From Paracoccaceae bacterium (GTDB lineage Bacteria; Pseudomonadota; Alphaproteobacteria; Rhodobacterales; Rhodobacteraceae): 64,000 nt of DNA. Location: contig JANQRE010000009.1 of the NCBI GenBank assembly GCA_028284705.1, positions 1,600-65,599 on the forward strand, in the 5' to 3' direction. The notes under the pieces are model-generated. The model did not search any database. It was not told where the DNA came from and saw only the letters and a list, made by a program, of their open reading frames with translations. Made by a program: the position numbers and the translations under genes. Of this stretch, positions 10,387 through 20,470 are shown one piece after another (the first letter of the stretch is position 1; every line of letters begins with the position of its first letter).

Positions 10387-12279
10387 ATGACCTACGCAGA
10401 AACTTACGCCGCGTGGAAAGCCGATCCGGAAGCGTACTGGATGAAAGCGGCGGAGGCGATTGACTGGGTGACTCCGCCCTCCAAAGCGCTGTTCGATGAG
10501 AACGCACCGCTTTACGAGTGGTTCAAGGATGCGGAAGTCAACACCTGCTACAACGCGGTCGACCGCCATGTCGATGCGGGGCGCGGCGATCAGGTGGCGA
10601 TCATCTATGACAGCCCGGTCACGGACACCAAGCAGAAGATCACCTATTCGGAGCTGAAAACCCGCGTTGCGAGCCTCGCCGGAGCGCTGCGCGCCAGGGG
10701 CGTCGAGAAGGGCGACCGCGTCATCATCTATATGCCGATGGTGCCCGAAGCGCTGGAAGCGATGCTGGCTTGTTCACGGCTCGGGGCCATCCACTCGGTG
10801 GTGTTTGGCGGGTTTGCCTCCAACGAACTGGCGGTTCGGATTGATGACGCGCAGCCCAAAGCGATCATCGCGGGGAGTTGTGGGATCGAACCGGGGCGGG
10901 TGGTGCATTACAAACCGCTGCTTGACGGCGCCATCGAGATGGCCGCGCATAAACCCGAGTTCTGTGTGATTTTTCAGCGAGAACAAGAGGTTGCCACGCT
11001 GATCGAAGGACGCGATTACGATTGGCATGACGTCCGGGATGGTACGGAGCCCGCCGAGTGTGTGCCGGTCTCAGGCGATCATCCGGCCTATATCCTCTAC
11101 ACCTCCGGCACCACTGGCCAACCGAAAGGGGTCGTGCGCCCGACCGCGGGCCATCTGGTGGCGCTCAACTGGACCATGAAGAACATCTACGACATGGACC
11201 CGGGCGATGTGTTCTGGGCGGCCTCCGATGTGGGCTGGGTCGTGGGACATTCCTATATCTGCTACGCGCCGCTCATATCGGGCAACACGACCATTGTCTT
11301 TGAGGGCAAGCCGGTCGGCACGCCCGATGCGGGCACCTTCTGGCGGGTGATTTCCGAACATAAAGTTAAGAGCTTTTTTACGGCTCCAACCGCCTTCCGA
11401 GCCGTAAAGCGCGTCGACCCGCAAGGCGAATTTGTGAAGAAATACGATCTCTCCAGCCTCAAGATCATTTTTCTTGCCGGTGAACGTGCGGACCCCGACA
11501 CGATCCAATGGGCGGAAGAGAAATTCGGTGTGCCGGTCATCGACCACTGGTGGCAGACCGAGACTGGTTACACCATTGCGGGCAACCCGATGGGGATTGA
11601 GCGCCTGCCAGTGAAGATCGGTTCACCGACCGTGCCGATGCCGGGCTATGACATTCAGATCCTCGATGATGGGGGACATCCGGTTGCCGATGGTGAGTTG
11701 GGCGCGATTGCGGTGAAACTGCCGCTGCCGCCGGGCACATTGCCAACGCTTTGGAACGCGGAGGACCGGTTTCGGAAGAGCTATCTCGACACCTTCCCCG
11801 GCTATTATGAGACCGGTGATGCGGGCATGAAGGATGAAGACGGCTACCTCTACATCATGGCCCGGACCGACGATGTGATTAATGTCGCGGGTCACCGCCT
11901 CTCGACCGGAGGGATGGAGGAGGTTCTCGCCTCTCACCCCGACGTTGCAGAATGCGCCGTGATCGGCGTGACCGACCAGTTGAAAGGTCAGTTGCCGCTT
12001 GGTTTCTTGTGTCTCAATTCCGGCACCGAGAAATCGGCGGAGGATGTGTGCAAGGAATGCGTCACCCTGGTGCGTGAGAAGATCGGACCCGTCGCCGCGT
12101 TCAAACTGGCCTGCGTCGTGGAGCGCCTGCCGAAGACACGTTCCGGCAAGATTTTGCGCGGCACGATGGTCTCCATCGCCGATGGCAAAGAGTTCAAAAT
12201 GCCCGCAACCATTGATGATCCGGCGATTTTGGATGAGATCGCCGAGGCGTTGCGCAGACTTGGATACCCCAACGGCTGA
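10387..12279 (+). CDS. prpE: Propionate--CoA ligase (acyl-CoA synthetase, AMP-forming)
   Basis: The start sits at an ATG preceded by GGGAGGAGAG. It matches PrpE along its length (AIHSVVFGGFAS, YTSGTTGQPKG, DVGWVVGHSYICYAPL, VIDHWWQTETG, RTDDVINVAGHRL, LPKTRSGKILR, IDDPAILDEI). Confidence 0.85.
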   Translation: MTYAETYAAWKADPEAYWMKAAEAIDWVTPPSKALFDENAPLYEWFKDAEVNTCYNAVDRHVDAGRGDQVAIIYDSPVTDTKQKITYSELKTRVASLAGALRARGVEKGDRVIIYMPMVPEALEAMLACSRLGAIHSVVFGGFASNELAVRIDDAQPKAIIAGSCGIEPGRVVHYKPLLDGAIEMAAHKPEFCVIFQREQEVATLIEGRDYDWHDVRDGTEPAECVPVSGDHPAYILYTSGTTGQPKGVVRPTAGHLVALNWTMKNIYDMDPGDVFWAASDVGWVVGHSYICYAPLISGNTTIVFEGKPVGTPDAGTFWRVISEHKVKSFFTAPTAFRAVKRVDPQGEFVKKYDLSSLKIIFLAGERADPDTIQWAEEKFGVPVIDHWWQTETGYTIAGNPMGIERLPVKIGSPTVPMPGYDIQILDDGGHPVADGELGAIAVKLPLPPGTLPTLWNAEDRFRKSYLDTFPGYYETGDAGMKDEDGYLYIMARTDDVINVAGHRLSTGGMEEVLASHPDVAECAVIGVTDQLKGQLPLGFLCLNSGTEKSAEDVCKECVTLVREKIGPVAAFKLACVVERLPKTRSGKILRGTMVSIADGKEFKMPATIDDPAILDEIAEALRRLGYPNG

Positions 12280-12319
12280 GGCCTTGCGCCTAAGGCGTGC
12301 TCAGGGCAGTGTGCGCCTC

Positions 12320-12715
12320 ATGCCTGACGACCTTTTGACCGCTGCCAAGCAGGTGCGCGAGAACGCGCATGCGCCCTATTCCAACTTCAAAGTCGGTGCC
12401 GCGCTGCGCACGACCGACGGCGCCGTCTTCACCGGTTGCAATGTTGAGAACGTGGCCTACCCGGAAGGAACCTGCGCCGAAGCGGGCGCGATTGCGGCGA
12501 TGTGTGCCGCTGGCGCACGCGAGATCGCCGAGATCACCGTGGTGGCTGACAGCCCCACACCTGTGCCGCCCTGCGGCGGGTGCCGTCAGAAGATCGCGGA
12601 GTTCGCGAGAGGCGACGTCACCGTGACTATGGCGACCATGTCTGGCGCTTCCCAGGCCGTCACAGTGGCCGAGTTGCTGCCCGGAGCGTTCGACGCCTCA
12701 CATATGGAGGCCTAA
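12320..12715 (+). CDS. cdd: Cytidine deaminase
   Basis: 131 aa from the ATG at 12320. Motifs are PYSNFKVGAAL, CAEAGAI and PCGGCRQ (zinc ligands). The longer track ORF starting at 11999 is an out-of-frame overlap with prpE. Confidence 0.88.
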   Translation: MPDDLLTAAKQVRENAHAPYSNFKVGAALRTTDGAVFTGCNVENVAYPEGTCAEAGAIAAMCAAGAREIAEITVVADSPTPVPPCGGCRQKIAEFARGDVTVTMATMSGASQAVTVAELLPGAFDASHMEA

Positions 12716-14026
12716 GTGGACGCGCGGGGGATCATCGAAAAAATCAAGCTGAAGCAAACCGTTACGCCGGAGGAGGCGAAATGGTTCGGTCAGTCCTTGG
12801 CAGGGTCCACGATCTCGGACGCGCAAGCCGGGGCCTTTGCCATGGCGGTCTGTCTCAACGGGTTGGACCCGCAGGCGCGGGTCGGGCTGACGCAAGGGAT
12901 GCGCGATTCCGGCGATGTTTTGGCATGGGACCTTCCGGGGCCGGTCTTGGACAAACACTCGACGGGTGGCGTTGGTGATCCGGTGTCCCTGCTGCTCGCG
13001 CCTGCGCTGGCGGAACTCGGGGCTTATGTGCCGATGATCTCTGGCCGGGGCCTCGGCCATACCGGCGGCACACTCGACAAATTGGAGGCGATCCCGGGCT
13101 ATATCTGCGAGATCGGGCCAAGCCGGTTGGAACATGTGATCCGCGATGTGGGCGCCGCGATTGTCGGGGCCACAGGCCGGGTCGCGCCCAGCGACAAGCG
13201 GCTCTATGCGATCCGCGATGTCAGTGCCTCGGTGGCCTCGGTTGACCTCATCACCGCCTCGATCCTGTCGAAGAAACTGGCGGCGGGTCTCGACGCCTTG
13301 GTGCTGGACGTGAAAACCGGTTCCGGCGCGTTCATGGCTTCGGCAGAGGACGCTCAGGCGCTGGCAGAGTCGCTGGTGAGCGTCGCGAATGGCGCAGGGT
13401 GCAAGACCGAAGCACTGCTGACGGATATGTCGCAGCCGCTCGCAGATGCCGCGGGCAACGCGGTGGAGATTCGCGCAGTCATGGAGACCTTGACCGGTGC
13501 ACGTCCGAACAGGCGGCTTATTGAAGTCACCTGCGCCCTGGGCGGTGTCGTGCTGGCAAGCGGCGGGCTTGTGGCGGACACCGAAGAGGGGTTCGTAAAA
13601 CTTCAAAACGTGATTGAAAGCGGTCAGGTCGCAGAGCGTTTCGCCCGCATGGTCGCGGCCTTGGGCGGGCCGATGGATTTTGCCGAGAGCTGGAGCCACC
13701 GGTTGCCGGAAGCCTCTGTTTTGAAAGAGGTTTATCCGGTGCGCGCGGGCTTCATCAGCGAGATCAACGCTCGCACACTTGGAGAAGTCGTCGTTGATCT
13801 CGGCGGCGGGCGCAAGGTCGAGAGCGACCGGATCGACCTGGCAGTCGGGCTGTCACAAATCGTACCCGTCGGGACAAAAGTTGACCCCAAAACCCCGATC
13901 GCCATGGTTCATGCGGCGAGCGAGGCGCAGGCCAGCGAAGCCGCCGTTCTTGTGCGCAAAGCCATCACTGTGGGTCGCGACACGGTCACCCCGCCACAGG
14001 TCATTCAGGGGCGGATCACCCCATGA
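12716..14026 (+). CDS. deoA: Thymidine phosphorylase
   Basis: 436 aa with a GTG start immediately after the cdd stop. Motifs are KHSTGGVGD and [16 protein letters not shown]. Confidence 0.9.
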   Translation: MDARGIIEKIKLKQTVTPEEAKWFGQSLAGSTISDAQAGAFAMAVCLNGLDPQARVGLTQGMRDSGDVLAWDLPGPVLDKHSTGGVGDPVSLLLAPALAELGAYVPMISGRGLGHTGGTLDKLEAIPGYICEIGPSRLEHVIRDVGAAIVGATGRVAPSDKRLYAIRDVSASVASVDLITASILSKKLAAGLDALVLDVKTGSGAFMASAEDAQALAESLVSVANGAGCKTEALLTDMSQPLADAAGNAVEIRAVMETLTGARPNRRLIEVTCALGGVVLASGGLVADTEEGFVKLQNVIESGQVAERFARMVAALGGPMDFAESWSHRLPEASVLKEVYPVRAGFISEINARTLGEVVVDLGGGRKVESDRIDLAVGLSQIVPVGTKVDPKTPIAMVHAASEAQASEAAVLVRKAITVGRDTVTPPQVIQGRITP

Positions 14027-15219
14027 CGCGCGCGTTTCTGGTGGTGCTGGATTCCGTCGGCTGCGGTGGTGCGCCGGACGCCGCGGCATTCGGCGACGAG
14101 GGCGCGAACACGCTCGGCCATATCGCCGAGCATTGTGCGGCGGGACAGGCCGATGATGGGCGACAAGGCCCGTTGCAGCTTGATCTGCTCGACGGTTTGG
14201 GCCTCGGCAAGGCGATTGAACTGGCGTCGGGCCTTGCGGCTCCAGGTCTGGGCGCACAACCGACCGGCCTGTGGGGGGCTGCAACCGAAATCTCTAACGG
14301 CAAGGACACACCCTCCGGCCATTGGGAATTGGCGGGTGTACCGGTGCCCTGGGACTGGCACTTCTTTCCCGGCGACGCGCCATCCTTCCCCGACGATCTT
14401 GTCGAGGCGGTCTGCGAGATATCGGGCGCGACCGGAATTCTCGGCAATTGCGCAGCGTCGGGGACCGAGATCATCGCACGGCTCGGCGAGGAGCACATGC
14501 AGACCGGGCAGCCGATCTGTTACACCTCGACGGACTCGGTGTTTCAAATCGCAGCCCATGAGGAGAGTTTCGGCTTGGATCGCCTGCTGCATCTCTGCGA
14601 AAGCCTCGCGCCGCGGCTGCACGAGATGCGTGTCGGTCGCGTGATCGCGCGACCCTTTGTGGGCACGTCCTCGGCGAATTTCACGCGCACGACGAACCGG
14701 CGGGATTATGCGGTGGCACCGCCGAAACCGACGCTGCTTGATTGGGTTACAGAGGCCGGCCGAATGACCTATGGCATTGGAAAGATTAAGGATATCTTCT
14801 CGGGCCATGGAGTTCAGCACGCGGTGAAAGGCGACGATGCGGCCTTGATGGAACACCTGGCGGATCACTTTGGAACCGCTGAGGAGGGCAGCCTGACCTT
14901 CGCCAATTTCGTGGAGTTCGACAGCCTTTATGGTCACCGCCGCGATGTCGCGGGATATGCGCGGCACCTCGAATGGTTTAATATTAAACTATCTGAGGTT
15001 GTCGGTCGATTGCGCGAGGACGACCTGTTGATCCTGACCGCCGATCACGGCAACGATCCGACCTGGCGCGGCACCGATCACACCCGAGAGCGCGTGCCCG
15101 TTCTGGGTTGGGGCTATGGCGCGAAGGGGATCGGTCTGGTTGGTTTCTCCGACGTTGCGGCCTCGGTTGTTGACCATCTGGGTGTGCCAAACCAAGGACC
15201 GGGTCGGAGTTTCCTATGA
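14023..15219 (+). CDS. deoB: Phosphopentomutase
   Basis: 398 aa with motifs VLDSVG.GG..DA, GKDT.SGHWE and TADHGNDPT. It overlaps deoA by 4 nt. Confidence 0.9.
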   Translation: MTRAFLVVLDSVGCGGAPDAAAFGDEGANTLGHIAEHCAAGQADDGRQGPLQLDLLDGLGLGKAIELASGLAAPGLGAQPTGLWGAATEISNGKDTPSGHWELAGVPVPWDWHFFPGDAPSFPDDLVEAVCEISGATGILGNCAASGTEIIARLGEEHMQTGQPICYTSTDSVFQIAAHEESFGLDRLLHLCESLAPRLHEMRVGRVIARPFVGTSSANFTRTTNRRDYAVAPPKPTLLDWVTEAGRMTYGIGKIKDIFSGHGVQHAVKGDDAALMEHLADHFGTAEEGSLTFANFVEFDSLYGHRRDVAGYARHLEWFNIKLSEVVGRLREDDLLILTADHGNDPTWRGTDHTRERVPVLGWGYGAKGIGLVGFSDVAASVVDHLGVPNQGPGRSFL

Positions 15220-16205
15220 GCTTGAAATCGCTTCCAAAAGTGGAGCTGCATCTGCACCTCGAAGGCGGTGCGCCGCCTGCTTTCATCCGCGGTCTGGCGC
15301 AGGAAAAGAATGTGGATCTCAGTGGCATATTTGAAGCGAATGGCAGCTACCGCTTCGAAAACTTCACCCAATTCCTGCGCACCTATGAGGCCGCCTGCAC
15401 CGTTCTGACCGGTCCGGAGGAATTCTATCGCCTGACCAAAGCGGTGCTGGAGCAATCGGCGGAGCACGGCGTCATCTATTCAGAGACTTTCCTGAGCCCG
15501 GATTTCTGTGGCGGCGGCGATCTGACGGCGTGGCGCGAATATCTCGACGCGATCACCCGTGCGGCAGACGAGGCGGAACGTGGTACCGGCATTGTGCTCA
15601 AGGGCATCATCACCTGCATCCGCCACCTCGGGCCGGAGCAGGCAAAAACGGCGGCACTCTGCGCGGCGGAGACCATGGGCGATTTCGTCACCGGTTTCGG
15701 GATGGGCGGGGATGAGAGCGTCGGCCATCAGGGTGACTATGCTTACAGTTTCGACATGGCGCGTGAAGCCGGGTTGCGGCTGACAACCCATGCGGGCGAA
15801 TGGGGTGGTGCGGCCTCGGTCCGCGCGGCGCTGGATGATCTGCGGGTCGAGCGTATCGGCCATGGCGTGCAAGCGATCGAAGACCCCGCCCTCGTCGATC
15901 GGCTCGCCGAAGACGGGATCGTGTTGGAGACCTGCCCCGGCTCGAACGTCGCTTTGGGCGTGTTTCCAAGCTGGGACGCGCATCCAATTGCGAGGCTCCG
16001 CGACGCGGGCGTGAAAGTGACCGTCTCGACCGACGACCCGCCCTTCTTTCACACCACGATGAGCGATGAATACGACAATCTGGCCGAAACCTTCGGCTGG
16101 GAGGCGGAGGATTTCCTCGCGCTGAACAAAACTGCAATCGAGGCAGCGTTCTGCGACGACACCACCCGCGAGAGCATTCTGAAAAAACTGGAGGCGCAAT
16201 CATGA
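15216..16205 (+). CDS. add: Adenosine deaminase
   Basis: 329 aa with motifs [17 protein letters not shown] and STDDPPFF. It overlaps deoB by 4 nt. Confidence 0.9.
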   Translation: MSLKSLPKVELHLHLEGGAPPAFIRGLAQEKNVDLSGIFEANGSYRFENFTQFLRTYEAACTVLTGPEEFYRLTKAVLEQSAEHGVIYSETFLSPDFCGGGDLTAWREYLDAITRAADEAERGTGIVLKGIITCIRHLGPEQAKTAALCAAETMGDFVTGFGMGGDESVGHQGDYAYSFDMAREAGLRLTTHAGEWGGAASVRAALDDLRVERIGHGVQAIEDPALVDRLAEDGIVLETCPGSNVALGVFPSWDAHPIARLRDAGVKVTVSTDDPPFFHTTMSDEYDNLAETFGWEAEDFLALNKTAIEAAFCDDTTRESILKKLEAQS

Positions 16206-16834
16206 GCGATCACCTGACGGTCGTGGACCACCCGCTGGTGCAACACAAACTGAGCCTGATGCGCGACAGGGACACGCCCACGGCGGTGTTTCGGCAACTC
16301 CTGCGCGAGATCAGCCAGTTCCTCGCCTATGAGGTGACGCGCAATCTGGAGATGACGACGAAGAAGGTGATGACGCCGCTGGAGGAAATGGACGCGCCGG
16401 TTTTGGCCGGTCGCAAGCTGGCGCTGGTGTCGATCCTCAGGGCAGGCAACGGGCTTCTGGACGGGATGCTGGAATTGATCCCCTCCGCACGCGTGGGGTT
16501 TGTCGGCCTCTACCGCGATGAGGAAACCCTGCAACCGGTGCAGTATTATTTCAAAGTGCCGGAGGATCTGAGCGAGCGCATGGTGATCGCCGTGGATCCG
16601 ATGCTGGCAACCGGAAACTCCTCCGCCGCGGCGATTGATCTCCTGAAAGGCGCAGGAGCCACCAACATCCGATTCTTGTGTCTTCTGGCAGCGCCGGAGG
16701 GCATCACGCGGATGAAAGAAGCGCATCCGGACGTACCGATTGTGACAGCCGCTGTGGATAGTCACTTGAATGACAACGGATATATTGTGCCAGGGCTAGG
16801 AGATGCGGGGGACCGTATGTTCGGCACAAAATAA
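16202..16834 (+). CDS. upp: Uracil phosphoribosyltransferase
   Basis: 210 aa with motifs [13 protein letters not shown] and DPMLATG (PRPP loop). It overlaps add by 4 nt. Confidence 0.92.
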   Translation: MSDHLTVVDHPLVQHKLSLMRDRDTPTAVFRQLLREISQFLAYEVTRNLEMTTKKVMTPLEEMDAPVLAGRKLALVSILRAGNGLLDGMLELIPSARVGFVGLYRDEETLQPVQYYFKVPEDLSERMVIAVDPMLATGNSSAAAIDLLKGAGATNIRFLCLLAAPEGITRMKEAHPDVPIVTAAVDSHLNDNGYIVPGLGDAGDRMFGTK

Positions 16835-16903
16835 GGTATATCGACGCTTTACTCTCTTGGGTGCATCCGTCACAATCCCACAACATATTGTGGGGGCTGC
16901 GGC

Positions 16904-17683
16904 ATGGGATTCTTCAAATTCATCTCGATATCGGTATTGGCGCTTGGACTGGTGACGAGCGCACATGCGCAGTCCTTGAGAAACCCGAAAGGTCCGGCCA
17001 ATCTGCCGCCCGCCTCCTTCAAAGGCCCGCAATTCGTCGACAATCGCGGGTGCGTGTTCATCCGGGCCGGTCGCGGCGGCAATGTGAATTGGGTGCCGCG
17101 CGTCTCGCGGGATCGTAAACAAATCTGCGGTTTGCGACCGACCTTCGGCACGACAAGTGTGGCGACCGCGGCTCCGAAAACCACAACGCGCGTGGTGCGC
17201 ACGCCGAAAACCACGACCCGGGTGGTTAGGGCGCCACAACCGACGACCCGCGTTGTGACGACGCAACCACGCACGGTTGTTCGGACCGCGCCCGCGCCTA
17301 AGACAACCACGCGAACTGTGCGCGCGCCTGCCAATGCGCAGCGCTGCCATGTCAGCGCGCTGAGCGCGCAATATATGAACCAATCGGGTGTGCGCTGCGG
17401 TCCACAGAAAGTCGCGCCCCGCTCTGTGGTGGGTCAGACCTCGCAGTTGAAAGGGCCTAAGGGCGTCAACCGCAAGGTCATCGAGGCCAACACACTGAAA
17501 GCGCCGAAGGGCATGCAGACCGTCTGGACAGACGGGCGATTGAACCCGCTTCGCGGTGTCGGAACGACATCGGGCAAGTCTCAGATGAACCTGATCTGGT
17601 CTGAAACGGTGCCGCGCTATCTGATCGACCCAACCACGGGCAAACGGGCCACGCCGCGGCAACTGCGCCTCTTTGGCGGCTGA
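16904..17683 (+). CDS. Secreted hypothetical protein with tandem PKTTTRVVR repeats
   Basis: 259 aa. The signal peptide is MGFFKFISISVLALGLVTSAHA. The central region holds five degenerate 9-10 aa repeats. Cys-containing flanks are NRGCVFIRAG and SGVRCGPQ. Confidence 0.65.
   Translation: MGFFKFISISVLALGLVTSAHAQSLRNPKGPANLPPASFKGPQFVDNRGCVFIRAGRGGNVNWVPRVSRDRKQICGLRPTFGTTSVATAAPKTTTRVVRTPKTTTRVVRAPQPTTRVVTTQPRTVVRTAPAPKTTTRTVRAPANAQRCHVSALSAQYMNQSGVRCGPQKVAPRSVVGQTSQLKGPKGVNRKVIEANTLKAPKGMQTVWTDGRLNPLRGVGTTSGKSQMNLIWSETVPRYLIDPTTGKRATPRQLRLFGG
17174..17326 (+). repeat. In-frame tandem coding repeat (about 27-30 nt unit, 5 copies)
   Basis: The units are ccgaaaaccacaacgcgcgtggtgcgcacg / ccgaaaaccacgacccgggtggttagggcg / ccacaaccgacgacccgcgttgtgacgacg / caaccacgcacggttgttcggacc... 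/ cctaagacaaccacgcgaactgtgcgcgcg. Copies differ mainly at synonymous positions. Confidence 0.8.
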
Positions 17684-18697
17684 TCAGCGGCAGATTTCCT
17701 GCAGGCTCAACCAATCGGCGTCCGACAGAAGGCGCGGCGTCTCCACGCCACGATAGGGGTCCGCTTCAATCAGGTTCAGAACCGACTCGCCGGTGATATC
17801 GCGCGCATAGGCGAAGGGTGTTGACGGGATTTTGGCGGCCTGGAACCGCTCCAAAAGGCGGTCGATATCGAGCGGTGGATCCTCTGCTGCCAGAAGCGTC
17901 ACAGCGTAGCCCGCGAGTGCGTCGCCTTGCAGTTGGCCGGTGGTCAAAAGGCGAAACGTGACGCGGGTCCCGGCGGTGTCGAGTAGCGCGTTCAGCGGGT
18001 CGGATTGCGCAGCATCATCGATGGCCTTCAGCATATACCCAGCCGTTGCTTCCGGCGTTTCATGATCCTCGATGACGCGCTGAGATAACAGAAGCAGCCC
18101 GCCGGGCAGCGCAACCGTGTCACGCGACATGTCCTTCATCACATAGACGCGCCGTGCTGCATCACCGAGGCTGCGCTGCTTCAGCCGTGCGAGGGCCGTT
18201 GTGCCCAGGCTCGAATGACAGGCATTTCCCGAAAGGTCGGAGATATGGCCGAGAAGTTCCGTGCCAATCGCCAGACGTTTCGACTCCGGAACGACCGTCA
18301 GCGTGTGACGGGTCAGGGCCCCGGGCAGCCAGAAGACCCCAAGTGCCACGATCGCGGCGAGGAAGGATAGCAGGATCAACGCACGCAGACGGCCCGAGCG
18401 GGGCCGACGACGGTCGATGGTGCGACGGACCTTTTCGATGGCGTCGATCATCGCCGGATCGTCCAGTTCGAGCTCTTCACCGCTGTCATCACCTGGGTGA
18501 AACAGGGCAGGGCGCTGACCGGGGTTCACACGCGAAATTGCCGGGAGAGACCAATGGGTCAGCGCGGTTTCATTGCGGTCGCGAATGATCAGCGAGGCTT
18601 TCCCGAAGGAAACATGCACATCGCGACGCTGCGCCTGCGGAGATTCCCTCCAGAGGCCGGTCGTCTCGAGCCGATCATATTCCTTTAGCGCCGTCAT
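17684..18697 (-). CDS. Hypothetical membrane protein
   Basis: ORF 17684..18757, where the track start is a TTG. I prefer the ATG at 18697 (MTALKEYDRLE). It has an N-terminal soluble domain, a basic stretch plus one TM (RLRALILLSFLAAIVALGVFWL), and a C-terminal domain of about 220 aa. I recognise no family. Confidence 0.5.
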   Translation of the reverse strand: MTALKEYDRLETTGLWRESPQAQRRDVHVSFGKASLIIRDRNETALTHWSLPAISRVNPGQRPALFHPGDDSGEELELDDPAMIDAIEKVRRTIDRRRPRSGRLRALILLSFLAAIVALGVFWLPGALTRHTLTVVPESKRLAIGTELLGHISDLSGNACHSSLGTTALARLKQRSLGDAARRVYVMKDMSRDTVALPGGLLLLSQRVIEDHETPEATAGYMLKAIDDAAQSDPLNALLDTAGTRVTFRLLTTGQLQGDALAGYAVTLLAAEDPPLDIDRLLERFQAAKIPSTPFAYARDITGESVLNLIEADPYRGVETPRLLSDADWLSLQEICR

Positions 18698-18775
18698 TTT
18701 TTGGACGTACTGCTCTTTGTTTTGCGGCACCTTAGCGGTTAAGGGCGCTGCGCTCAATCATTTGGCGTGAGCGGA

Positions 18776-20467
18776 TCAGGCCAGCCAATCGGGCGGTGTG
18801 TCCCCCGCCGTTCCCGTCTGTGCTGTGCGCACACAATCGGCGATTGAGCCGAACCGGACGGCGCGACCGCTGAGCCCGGGCGCGTAATGAGCGTATTTGC
18901 CGGAATTGGTCATCAGGGTGCGGGCCTCTGGCGGAAAGACCGGTTCGGTGATTGAGCACCAACAGATATCGCGGACAAATTGCACGCCTCTGGCTTCGAG
19001 TTTTGCGACGAGGCCCTCGTTCTGGGCGTCGGCAAAGACATCGCGGCCAAGCGTGACGATGACCGGGATTTTGGCGCGACACTCCTGTGCTTCCATCTCG
19101 TCGCAAAGCCCGCGGGTCTCGGTCAGCGAAAAATGCGGGCTTCCGAACGCGATGAGATCGACGGTTGGTGGACCGGAATTGAAGTCTTGCCAGGCGTGGG
19201 CAAGGTCTGATTTTGTCAGTCTGACGGTGGGCGCATCTTCGGTCGGAGGCAAGTGAGCCTCAGGCGTAACACCGGCGACGTGAAGCATAGGCGCGCCCGA
19301 GGTCGTGCCGAAGGAGGCGCACAACGCTTTCAGATTGTCCCGGGTCGGCGCAGCCGCTTCAAGACCACGCAAGACGGGGATGCGATCCGGTGCCGCGTGA
19401 CCGGTGAGCCATCCCAGCATGGGCCAAAGGGCGTCGTCATACCCGTCAGGTAGATCGACCTCGACGATAATCTGCGGGGCACGGTTTTCGTCCAGATACA
19501 CGCCTGAGCGCGGCGCGCGGCCCGTCATCGCAATGAAAAGGTCCATGAAATCAGGATGTTTGGCGGTGCGTGCGCCAAGCACGGAATTGGCGAAGATCAC
19601 CGCGTTGGACTCCGACCACCCGATCAATTCATCCTCGGCAGGGGCCTCCGGGGAGAGATAGGGGGAGCAGGTGAAGGTCGGGCGCGCGCCCATCTCCACA
19701 TAGAGATCGGCAAGGCGCTGTGCGGGATCGCCGAACAGTTTCGGCACGCCTTGCGCCCGCCACGCCCCGTGATCGACGGAAATCGCATTCGTTGTCGATG
19801 GGATCGCGATCTGCGCGCCCATGTCGCGCATCGTCTCCGCGAAAGTCATATGCGCGGAGCTGGCATAGATGCAGGCGTCGATATGGGCCCGTGTTACGTC
19901 CACCAGATCGGTCGCACCCTCCACTTTGGCGATTGCGCAGATCGCCGCCATCGCATGTTTCAGTGCCGCGCCTTTGGCGCCGCTGAGCATGGCTTCATCC
20001 GAGGCGGACAGGGCCAGATTCGTGGCCTGGCGGCCAAGGGAAATCACATGATCGTCCACCTTAATCCGATCGTCGCGGAGATGCGCATGGGGCGCTTTGG
20101 CAAGCGCATCGTAGTCGGATTGCTGCAGCCTCGCGACGGCGATGGGGCGATCGAACATCGTCGTTGCAACGATCGCGCCGAGTGTCAGCACGTGATCTTT
20201 CTGGCTGAAAATCAACGCCTTAGGGGCGTGCCCGTTCAGCGCGAGTTCCAGCAGAATGCTGCTGCCTGAACAGGATCCGCGACTGGTCGGCATCAGTACG
20301 ATCTGCCCGGCGAGCGATGCGCCATGCTGATCGTGATGTGCGTCGATTATGGTTCCGGTTTCGGGATCGACACCGCCCCAAAGGCTGAGCCCCTCGGTAC
20401 AGGTGAGGATGGGGCCCTGCGCATCCGCCTCGACAATGAGGATGGATGCGTCGGCGGCCCCATCCAT
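18776..20467 (-). CDS. Aconitase X (AcnX) family dehydratase, single chain: swivel domain (DUF126) N-terminal, catalytic domain (DUF521) C-terminal
   Basis: 563 aa. Residues 1-110 (LSLWGGVDPETGTIIDAHHDQHGASLAGQIVLMPTSRGSCSGSSILLELALNGHAPKALIF) look like the AcnX small subunit. The remainder (SDEAMLSGAKGAALKHAMAAICAIAKVEGATDLVDVTRAHID...) looks like the AcnX large subunit. Confidence 0.7.
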   Translation of the reverse strand: MDGAADASILIVEADAQGPILTCTEGLSLWGGVDPETGTIIDAHHDQHGASLAGQIVLMPTSRGSCSGSSILLELALNGHAPKALIFSQKDHVLTLGAIVATTMFDRPIAVARLQQSDYDALAKAPHAHLRDDRIKVDDHVISLGRQATNLALSASDEAMLSGAKGAALKHAMAAICAIAKVEGATDLVDVTRAHIDACIYASSAHMTFAETMRDMGAQIAIPSTTNAISVDHGAWRAQGVPKLFGDPAQRLADLYVEMGARPTFTCSPYLSPEAPAEDELIGWSESNAVIFANSVLGARTAKHPDFMDLFIAMTGRAPRSGVYLDENRAPQIIVEVDLPDGYDDALWPMLGWLTGHAAPDRIPVLRGLEAAAPTRDNLKALCASFGTTSGAPMLHVAGVTPEAHLPPTEDAPTVRLTKSDLAHAWQDFNSGPPTVDLIAFGSPHFSLTETRGLCDEMEAQECRAKIPVIVTLGRDVFADAQNEGLVAKLEARGVQFVRDICWCSITEPVFPPEARTLMTNSGKYAHYAPGLSGRAVRFGSIADCVRTAQTGTAGDTPPDWLA

Positions 20468-20470
20468 GTC

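Noticed and set aside
11999-12319. N-terminal 107 codons of the 238-aa track ORF that ends as cytidine deaminase
   Set aside because: This part lies inside prpE in another frame and is Arg/Pro/Ser-rich. The conserved Cdd sequence begins at the ATG at 12320, in the prpE-cdd spacer.
16877-16894. Hairpin CCCACAA-CATA-TTGTGGG just upstream of the repeat-protein start, as a terminator of upp or a translational control element
   Set aside because: The stem is only 7 bp, has no T-tract and overlaps the probable ribosome-binding region. It is too weak to call either way from sequence alone.
17174-17326. Tandem ~27-nt repeats as a possible CRISPR array or minisatellite
   Set aside because: The repeats are contiguous with no spacers. 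They are in frame inside a 259-aa ORF that has a signal peptide, and they diverge mainly at synonymous sites. They are a coding repeat.
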